64,000 nucleotides of DNA from Chrysomallon squamiferum. Lineage: Eukaryota; Animalia; Mollusca. Positions 55,078 to 64,000 of this stretch are shown in pieces (within the stretch, counting starts at the first letter, position 1; each line of letters opens with the position of its first letter). Location: NCBI GenBank assembly GCA_012295275.1, contig CM022677.1, positions 558,001 to 622,000 of the forward strand, in the 5' to 3' direction. The position numbers were made by a program, and so were the translations under genes. The notes beneath the pieces are model-generated. The model ran no database searches, was not told the DNA's origin, and was given only the letters and a program-made list of their open reading frames with translations.

Positions 55078-55968
55078 CTGAAATTGATACACAGACAGGT
55101 AAAAGTTTAATTAATGAAGCAAATACCAACTTGTTATTTAGGCAGTTTGCTGTGTGACGTGTTAACGTAAGCTGAATTCAAAGATAATGCAGCAGTTCAA
55201 AATTAGACATTTGTGAAACTCAAAACGCACAACTTTCGTCAAATTGAAACATTTTACCTAATATTACAAACGTTCATTATGTTGTGGTTTCTTCTTTTTT
55301 AATCTTAATTACAGTCCATCCTCTTTATAATATTGACAGAAACTCTCAGTTTATTTTGTCATTACAAGGAGTTGGGTGATAAGTTTTCTGAGATGCTAAC
55401 TTAAAGGATTTTAGGTAGTGCCATATGTCATGTGACTAGTCTGAGTGGTATTAGTACCTGAAAGGGCAGCAGACTATAGTAGCATCACGTGACAAGGTGT
55501 TAATTATCTCAGACAGCTTAACTATTAAATGACTATTCTGTATCCACAAGAGAACAATAACACAAACACGAATTCAGTATGGATAATTGTTTTATATAAT
55601 ATATTTATATATGTTGTTTTCACAAATTAACTCTCAAGGGTAATATATAGTCACATAGTTAAATCGTACGATTCCACGATACGTTATCAAAGCAAATAGC
55701 GTTGACAAATAATACAAAACTAATTTAGCCCAGTTGGTTACTTGATCTTTCTAAATAATCTTTTAATTATTAAAATACGTTATCTTTGTTTTTATAAACG
55801 TAAGTACCACAGAATAACACTATGAAAAATTCAACAGTAATAGATTTAGCTATCTTCAATCATTCAAGATGTATATTACATATACAAAACATTAAAACAT
55901 AATTACCATTGTCTGCGTTTTCCTTTGTCTTGTGTAGACAGACTCTCAAGAAGGGCACTGATCAAAGA

Positions 55969-56180
55969 TGGAAGGATGGAAACTCTTTTTACGTGCCCAC
56001 GTCCAATTCAAGGTTCAGGCACGCCTATCACGGATGCGATCTCTGTGATCGGCAGGGATCGGTTCCGAGACAGGAAAGGGGAAGGGGAAGGAGAAGGAGA
56101 AGGTGCATTTGAAGTGGGCAATTTGGAATAAACCTTTGAGTGGTTTTTAGTTAATAAGATCCAAAAGGGTGCAGTAGATA
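55969..56180 (-). mobile_element. LINE 3' terminus (probably family X)
   Basis: Inverted copy of 185-568 without the C-rich expansion. Confidence 0.6.
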
Positions 56181-56489
56181 TACATATATACACACCCATA
56201 CACATACATACATATACACATATATAGATATATATACCTATATACATACATACACATACACATATATACATATACACATATATAGATATACATATACCTA
56301 TATACATACATACACATACATACACATACACATATATATATGCAATGGGCATTGTTTGAGGGGTCTTATTCATTTATATTTATTTATTTATTTGTTTATT
56401 TATTTATTTATTTTTACTATTATATAACGAGAGAGAGAGGAAAGAAGAAAAAAAAACTCGTAGTTTCATCGTGTCGGGCACGTTTTTCC

Positions 56490-58010
56490 TGTTGTTAGCG
56501 TCGCGTAGTTGTATGTTGTTGTTGTTAGCGTCGCGTAGTTGTATGTTGTTGTTGTTAGCGTCGCGTTGTTGTGTGTTTTTGTTGTTGTTAGCGTCGCGTT
56601 GTTGTATGTTTTTGTTGTTGTTAGCGTCGCGTTGTTGTATGTTTTTGTTGTTGTTAGCGTCGCGTTGTTGTATTTTTTGTTGTTGTTAGCGTCGCGTTGT
56701 ATGTTTTGTTGTTGTTAGCGTCGCGTTGTTGTATGTTTTGTTGTTGTTAGCATCGCGTTGTTGTATGTTTTGTTGTTGTTAGCGTCGCGTTGTTGTATGT
56801 TTTGTTGTTGTTAGCGTCGCGTTGTTGTATGTTTTGTTGTTGTTAGCGTCGCGTTGTATGTTTTGTTGTTGTTAGCATCGCGTTGTTGTATGTTTTGTTG
56901 TTGTTAGCGTCGCGTTGTTGTATGTTTTTTGTTGTTGTTAGCGTCGCGTTGTTGTTGTATGTTTTGTTGTTGTTAGCGTCGCGTTGTTGTATGTTTTTGT
57001 TGTTGTTAGCGTCGCGTTGTATGTTTTTGTTGTTGTTAGCGTCGCGTTGTTGTATGTTTTTGTTGTTGTTAGCGTCGCGTTGTATGTTTTTGTTGTTGTT
57101 AGCGTCGCGTTGTTGTATGTTTTTGTTGTTGTTAGCATCGCGTTGTTGTATGTTTTTGTTGTTGTTAGCATCGCGTTGTTGTAGGTTTTGTTGTTGTTAG
57201 CGTCGCTTTGTTGTATGTTTTTTGTTGTTGTTAGCGTCGCGTTGTTGTATGTTTTTTGTTGTTGTTAGCGTCGCTTTGTTGTATGTTTTGTTGTTGTTAG
57301 CGTCGCGTTGTTGTATATTTTTTGTTGTTGTTAGCGTCGCGTTGTTGTATGTTTTTGTTGTTGTTAGCGTCGCGTTGTTGTATGTTTTTTGTTGTTGTTA
57401 GCGTCGCGTTGTTGTATGTTTTGTTGTTGTTAGCGTCGCGTTGTTGTATGTTGTTGTTGTTGTTAGCGTCGCGTTGTTTGTATGTTTTGTTGTTGTTAGC
57501 GTCGCGTTGTTGTATGTTTTGTTGTTGTTAGCGTCGCGTTGTTGTATGTTTTGTTGTTGTTAGCGTCGCGTTGTTGTATGTTTTGTTGTTGTTAGCGTCG
57601 CGTTGTTGTATGTTTTGTTGTTGTTAGCGTCGCGTTGTTGTATGTTTTGTTGTTGTTAGCGTCGCGTTGTTGTATGTTTTTTTGTTGTTGTTAGCGTCGC
57701 GTTGTTGTATGTTTTGTTGTTGTTAGCGTCGCGTTGTTGTATGTTTTGTTGTTGTTAGCGTCGCGTTGTTGTATGTTTTTTGTTGTTGTTAGCGTCGCGT
57801 TGTTGTATGTTTTGTTGTTGTTAGCGTCGCGTTGTTGTATGTTGTTGTTGTTGTTAGCGTCGCGTTGTTGTATGTTTTTGTTGTTGTTAGCGTCGCGTTG
57901 TTGTATGTTTTTGTTGTTGTTAGCGTCGCGTTGTTGTATGTTTTTGTTGTTGTTAGCGTCGCGTTGTTGTATGTTTTTGTTGTTGTTAGCGTCGCGTTGT
58001 TGTATGTTTT
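56490..58010. repeat. ~30-33 bp minisatellite downstream of LINE X ORF2
   Basis: Unit gttgttgttagcgtcgcgttgttgtatgtttt with length-variable T/GTT runs; about 45-50 copies. Confidence 0.95.
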
Positions 58011-58118
58011 TGGAGTTGTTTGGCAGCAAATCTGTCGAAAGGGAGGTTACCAGTTGGTTCTGGGGTTAGATAGGGATGTGTTTATATTATGTAGTATTTT
58101 ATGAAAATGTCTCTGTGT

Positions 58119-60425
58119 TTATATTTTGATTTTTGTTGCTTCCACGTATCGCATTATGAGGTTGTCTACTTGTTTTTTTAAGTGTTTGGGAGAGTTGAAA
58201 ATGTCAACTGGTGTAAATCTGACTTTGATGTTTGTTAAAGCTGTGTTTAGTTTGCGTCTGTCCTTGTCGTACTTCGTGCAATAGTGTCTGACATTGTCCA
58301 GTTTATGGCATGTGCCGCACTTGTTACTCACAGTGTTGTCGAGTCTGTGTCTGCTGTCGTTTAGTCCGAAGGTCACTCCCACTCTGAGACGGGTTAAAGT
58401 TTGAGTTGTTTTGTTGTTGTCTGAGAGTGGGATGGGCGAGTTTACTTTCGGTTTAATTATGTAATGCCATAGTCTAGTTTTGTTGTCCCAGTCTTGTTGC
58501 CACGATTCTATTAGCTTATTGTGCACTATGGTCATGATTTCGTTAACGTTGTACTTAGAGTCAAAGTCGATCGTGTCGTCTTCTAGCGAGTGTTTTGCGT
58601 GTTTGTCTGCCAGCTCGTTTCCAGTAACACCCACGTGAGCGGGTACCCACTCGAAGGTGACCTTGTGTCCTCTGTAGTTGATACAGTTTGTGAGTTCGAT
58701 AATCTCTCTCATGTACTGGGAGCAGCTGAATTTGAGTTTGTGCAGAGCTTGCAATGAGCTGAGGGAGTCAGTCAGTATGAGGTATTTCTTTTTCGTGTTT
58801 GTGACATAAGTTTGAGTTAGGACCCATTTAAGTGCTGAGAGAATAGCTATTAGTTCCGTAGTAAAGACGGATAGGTTGTTGGTCAGTCTACCTCTGTAGT
58901 TGAAGGGTGGGTCGGGTAGTTCCGGTCTGACATGAAAGGCCATGCCTGTTCTTCCCGTGAGAGGGTCTTTGGAGCCGTCTGTGTAGACCTGTATGAAGTC
59001 CGAGTAGTGGTCGCTTAATGCTGCTCTAAAAATTACGTTTTTAAATGGGTCGTGTTCCGTCTTCGATACTTCCCGTCTAAGCGTTAGAGGTATGTCTAGT
59101 TGTTTTATTGTCTATGGGGGTTCTAAGGGTGAAGGGTTGTTTTCGAGTTCTAGGTCCAGTAGGTTTAGTCTGTTTGCTGTTCTGTGTGTGATGTTAAGTG
59201 ATGTCGTTGATGTCGGGTAGGCTGTTTGGGATTATTGTGTTTATGGGATGGGTGGGGATTAGATTTTTGATTTTGAACCAGTGTTTGAGACTCTGTGTGC
59301 TGCGTCGGATTCGCAGCGGTAGCATGTTCAGTTCCACAAACAGACTGTCCGTCGGTGTGTCTGGGAAGACCCTGGCAACAATTCTTAGTGCCTTGTTGTA
59401 TACCGTGTCTAGTCGGTTTAGTTGGTATTCAGACACACGCTGAACGCCTGGGACCCATACTGGAGTCTTCACACTACTAGTGCTTCGAACACCATCAAGA
59501 GAGATTTTCTGTCAGCTCCCCATTTGGCGTTCGAAAGCACTTTCAGTAAGTTCATGTATTTTGTGCATGTGTTGAGTGTGTTGGTGATGTGTTGTTTGAA
59601 GGTAAGGCACCTGTCGAAGGTGACTCCCAGGAATTTGACTGCGTTTACTTGTGGGATTTTTGTGTTGTTGTAATGTAGGTCTATTTTATTGTGTTTAGTG
59701 TTAGCTTTTCTCCCAAAGGTTATGGTGACAGTCTTGGATTGGGAGATAGTGACTCCCCAGGTTTCCGCCCATTTTTGTAAGTTATTTAAGTCTTTTTGTA
59801 TTTCTGTTTTGATTTGTTTAAAACAGTTTCCAGCACTCCAAAAGGCTGTATCATCCGCAAATAGTCCTATACTAAGCTTAGTTGCAGTTTTCGAGTTAGT
59901 GGCTAGAGTATGTGCTAGGTCATTAATAAAAATGCTAAAAAGAGTAGAGGCGATAACTGAACCCTGGGGGATCCCATTCTCCAAATCCAAGCTGTCTGAG
60001 AAGTTTTCGTCTACATTGACCGTAAAGGATCTGTTTTTCAAGAATGCTTCTATAAAACCGAACATAGGGCCTCTTATGCCCATGTTGTAGACTTTGATTA
60101 GAAGACCATGTCTCCAGACCATATCATAGGCTTCTTCTATGTCAACAAACACTCATACCACTTTTTGTCCAGTAAACAAAGATTCGGAGATTTCAGATTG
60201 TAATCTGGTTATGTGGTCGCTTGTGGAGTGGTTCTTTCTGAAGCCACTTTGAAAGGTCGAAATTAGTTTTTTTTCCAGAAGGTGTGTTAAGCGTGTGTTG
60301 ACCTCCATGGTTTTGCAGACACAGGACGTTAGTGAGATAGGACGATAGTTGGGGGGTTTGGAAAGGTCCTTACCCTGTTTTGGAAGGCTGAAGACTTCAG
60401 CATGCTTCCATTTGAGGGGAAGGTA
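58119..60425 (-). mobile_element. I-group LINE (family X) ORF2 fragment: RT, RNase H and CCHC; frameshifted
   Basis: WKHAEVFSLPK, YRPISLTS, QSGFRK, DIEEAYDMVW, GIPQGS, LFADD, VYTDGSK, EWVPAHVGVTGNELAD, CGTC...H..C. Confidence 0.92.
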
Positions 60426-60632
60426 TATGTATGTTTGTTCAAAACTGAGCAGGATCAAATACGTCAAAACGTAATCCCGGACACACCCGTTACTTTTATT
60501 ATAAAGAAAACACGTAGATCTACCTGAGCTCCACACTTGAGGTGATATAAACATTCTTCGTACCATTGTCAATACTGAACTGTTTACATCCACAGTTCTG
60601 TTCTCAGCGCTGACATTTTTCTCCATCTTGTG

Positions 60633-61265
60633 CATGTTTGGGAAATCCTTTACCGAAACCGATAAAACATATCGGTGTTTTCTCGTGTTTTAATCACTTG
60701 TGCATTTGCTGTAATAACAATGTTTTGTTTGTAACTATTCTGTTATGAAGCTTCAGTGACTAACATTTAAACTTGAGCTGTTTAACTATCAGATGTTGTC
60801 TACAAGTGGCGAGTTGTTTTAAGAATTCAGCCAAGTGGGCGGAGCTACCGATTGCAGCGTCATCTAAAAATAGACGCAGGCAAGAATGTATAGAGGTGCT
60901 GTTTGATTTAGTATTATTAGTTGTGGGATTGCTAAGAAAAGGAGAGTTTTGAATTAATACGCTTCAGTATTAGTGGTTTAGTAAATCGTTGATGGTTAGC
61001 AGAATAACATATTATTATGTTAATGTTATTTATAGGTATTTGAAAAGTCCGAATGTCACCGATCAAATCTAATATTTTGATTGGAAAGTTATTTTTGTAC
61101 AGGGTCTTCCCCATTTGCACTGGAAATGATGTAATGTTGTGATCTATCGATCCATGTATCGAGCGTCGATTTACTCTCTTTAAAAATTAAAGATTATTTC
61201 CTAAGTGAACAATAAAATAAAATAATTATAACATACTTTAAAGCAAAATTTTAATAAGTGGTCTT
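60633..61265 (+). repeat. Direct copy of 12466-13077; contains a GC box (GGGCGG), possible promoter of a minus-strand gene
   Basis: Near-identical sequence; adjacent minus-strand ATG exon MHKMEKNV...WSSG|gtagat at 60635-60524. Confidence 0.7.
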
Positions 61266-61592
61266 TATAACAACAAGGAGGACAGTTGCAATTATCAGTA
61301 TCTGCAAAGCCTTCTCCTGTGGGATTTAAATAGAACACAAAGTTATTTAAGTCAGAAATACCAGGGGGCGTGCTCAGAAAAGTATATCGGGCGATAAAGA
61401 CAGAATCGCCTGGTCAACAGTTTTGCAGTCTTCGTGAATTTTCCACGCTTCTTGTTTTGCTGTGTGGTTGGTTGTATTGAAATGTTTCGGATCCAGAGCA
61501 ATTCCGCCGTGCGGCAGAAAGAACCCGGCCAGTAGTTTGGAGAAAGATAAATCAAGTGATGTGAGAAACACAATCACAATTGCAAAACACAT
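61264..61592 (-). pseudogene. Truncated, frameshifted LigB/MEMO-like exon A
   Basis: MCFAIVIVFLTSLDL...PHGG; 1-nt deletion in a T run; the second PHG His codon is CCT; ends at a ctt microhomology junction near 61264. Confidence 0.8.
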
Positions 61593-61849
61593 CTCGACTT
61601 TCTATTTCGTTCTTAACTCTAGAGTTATCTGTCCTTCTGTGTTTTTCCTTAAAGAGCAACAATACATCTGAAGGAAATAGTAATTTATTTGTATAGTGAT
61701 CATCGATAGGAATTAAAATTCTATATTATCGCCTTGTTAATTTATAAGAGTTGGTTTTCTGAATTGTCCCAATAGTTAATTTTTTGTTGATGTTGTTTTT
61801 GTTTCTTCTTCTTTTATGTATTTGTTTCTCATTGTCATCATCGTCAGCA

Positions 61850-63877
61850 TATTTTGTTTTGTGGGGTTATTATGGCGATGTTTGTATTTTTGTTTGGGTG
61901 TTGTCGGATTTGTGTTGGTTGCTACTATTAAAAAGACGTTTTTGTTTGGTGTTTGTTTTGTTGTTTCTGTTTCTTTTTTTCTTTTTTTGTTGTTTGGTGT
62001 TTACCTGGGTTAGGGGTTCTGCAGTGAAGGTGTAGTCCCCCCAGGTGCCGTATGCCACCGTTTTGTCCATTTGTTTATGGATGACTTGACTACTTTTTTG
62101 GTCTTGCGAGTAACCAAGTTCGATGGGGGTATAGGGGTATAGGGTTTTTACGTGGGTGGGTTCCCTCCTCTCTCGGGGTTCCTCTGTACACCTCTCGAGT
62201 GTGACGTACACATTTTGACACTCTGTGGGGTTGGGCATCAGTTCCATGCTCGTACCCAGTTTGATGAGTGAGCTGTCCGACTCGGCCCTGATGAAGGTGA
62301 TCTCATCAGACAGCCGGGTGTGGAATAATGTGTCGTCCAACAGTCGCGAGACGGACTGCTGGAAGAAGATGGCTTCGTACAGAGTCGAGTTTTTTTGTTA
62401 AACAAAACCCGCCTCAGCCCGGAGATTGGTGACTTAGCGGGTCTAGGGGGACTGGCGGACAGTTTGAGGGATTTGTGAGAGCCCTGTTGGGGGACAGCGA
62501 TGTTAAGCATGTCCAGGGTAGAAAATCGGTTTGCTGTGCTGACTGGTAGCTGTTGGGGGGGAGATGGGCAGGGAGAGCCGTCAGGTGTCGTCTGTACCAG
62601 TCCCACGTAGATGACGTCGTTTAATGAGCCGTCAGATGTGTTTCCGTTGTCGATGTCGTCTGGGAAGCCGAGAGAGCAGAAGTCTGGTAGTTCCCTTTCT
62701 GTTTCGCATAGTTTTGGGGGGGAGCCTCGTTCTGCATGTCTGTTGATATTACTCACTTTTCTGTTTTAGATGTGCCGACGGGTTTGGTTGTCTCGGCCAT
62801 TTTATAGTTAGTTTAATATAAGTTAGATTGCTTGTTTTTATTTTTAATATAATTAGGAGATTACTTATTTACTACAGTTAAAATTTTATAATTAGTTTAA
62901 TATAAGTTAGATTGCTTGTTTTTATTTTTAATATAATTAGGAGATTACTTATTTACTACAGTTAAAATTTTATAATTAGTTTAATATAAGTTAGATTGCT
63001 TGTTTTTATTTTTAATATAATTAGGAGATTACTTATTTACTACAGTTAAAATTTTATAGTTAGTTTAATATAAGTTAGATTGCTTGTTTTTATTTTTAAT
63101 ATCTTGAAAAATAGAGAGGTAACAAGAGGGAGTTTAAAATTTCGTGCTGGGAAAGTGACTTATGTCGTGCTGGGAGGAGGATAGCATTCCGTTTCTTACC
63201 AAATTTGATGTCGGTTGTTGTTCAGTGTTCGAAGTTGGAAACTGAAAATGTAATCCTAAGTGCGAAGAATGCAAAAGGTAAACAGCTAATCCTCCGTATT
63301 AAAACGTGTTGAAACTTGGTGCAGGCAAAGAGCTCAAAGGCGATTGGCCGCTGTCCGATTCCGTCGTCTGGTTGCTGTTGGGAGTGTGGATTCTTACTGG
63401 CTGCAGTGTTTCTCGAGGATGATTGGTCGGTTCTCGATTCCGTCGACAGGTTGCTGTTAAGCGATCGTTTGGAATGTGTCCGCAGAGCTCTCGAAGGCGA
63501 TTGGTTGATTGTTCGTTCGTTGTTCGCCAATGGTATATCAGCAAAGATCTATTAGACGATTGGTTGGTTTTCGATTCCGTCGATCGCGTTTGCAAAGTAC
63601 AAAAATAACTGATCAAGCAATCCCAAATACGAAAGTACGAGTACAAAAAAGTGAGCAAGTATTCCTGATAACTGCACAATAGAATGAAACTACAAGACCT
63701 CGCAATCCCAAACAAAACAAGTGAACAAGTGAAACGAGAATGATTCGAGAATGAAACGAGAGTAATAAAAATGCGTGCCGTCTCTAACGAAAAATGACGT
63801 TCGATTACGAAAACGTTGAATTACGGAAACGCTGAATTACGGAAACGAATTACGGAAACCTACTGAAACGTTGACTG
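61850..63877 (-). mobile_element. LINE 5' end: 5' UTR starting CAGT plus degraded ORF1 (ATG ~62800; ORFs 62756-62238 and 62340-61870)
   Basis: Same orientation as ORF2 at 58119-60425. Low-complexity ORF with an NRF..L motif; repetitive UTR; the 5' flank equals the 3' flank of the LINE tail at 40497-40520. Family (X or Y) unresolved. Confidence 0.55.
62799..63101. repeat. 84-bp tandem repeat, ~3.6 copies, in the putative LINE 5' UTR
   Basis: agttagattg recurs at 62821, 62905, 62989 and 63073. Confidence 0.92.
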
Positions 63878-64000
63878 ATCAAAGAGATCTCGTTCAAAAC
63901 GCGTGCCGCTACTTGTACACCCATATCTACAATTCTGCAGATAGCCCTTCTGAATTTACTTTGAAGATTTTAATACCAGTTTTCAGTTACTTAAACCCCA

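Noticed and set aside
56490-58010. CRISPR array or repetitive protein ORFs (LLLASRCC / QQRDANNN)
   Set aside because: Variation is only homopolymer/trinucleotide slippage and frames shift constantly.

Overview
Animal genomic DNA, AT-rich and dense in microsatellites. The 5S rRNA and a SINE remnant look molluscan, probably gastropod (recognition only, not searched). Two 200-N gaps lie at 18484-18683 and 53191-53390. The window is a heavily rearranged segmental-duplication zone. (1) It holds several copies of a 4-coding-exon gene (exons A-B-C-D, 308 aa when reconstructed) for a probably secreted LigB/MEMO-like protein. The multi-exon units are circularly permuted, C-D-A-B, with ~440 bp of the B-C intron repeated before C and after B; no intact linear copy is assembled here. 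(2) Two related RNase-H-bearing I-group LINE families end in a conserved 3' stem-loop plus (TTCCA)n. They abut the same site, within ~12 bp of a TCAGT initiator-like motif. (3) A 4.1-kb cassette flanked by a 20-24 bp direct repeat interrupts one LINE. It carries an intact-looking 5S rRNA gene and a TTAA-flanked Kolobok-like element, and its paralog lacks the 5S almost precisely. (4) Also present are a degraded DxTT/CxxH DDE transposase (Dada-like), a pogo-like remnant, minisatellites and many microhomology junctions. All calls are by eye; no searches were run.
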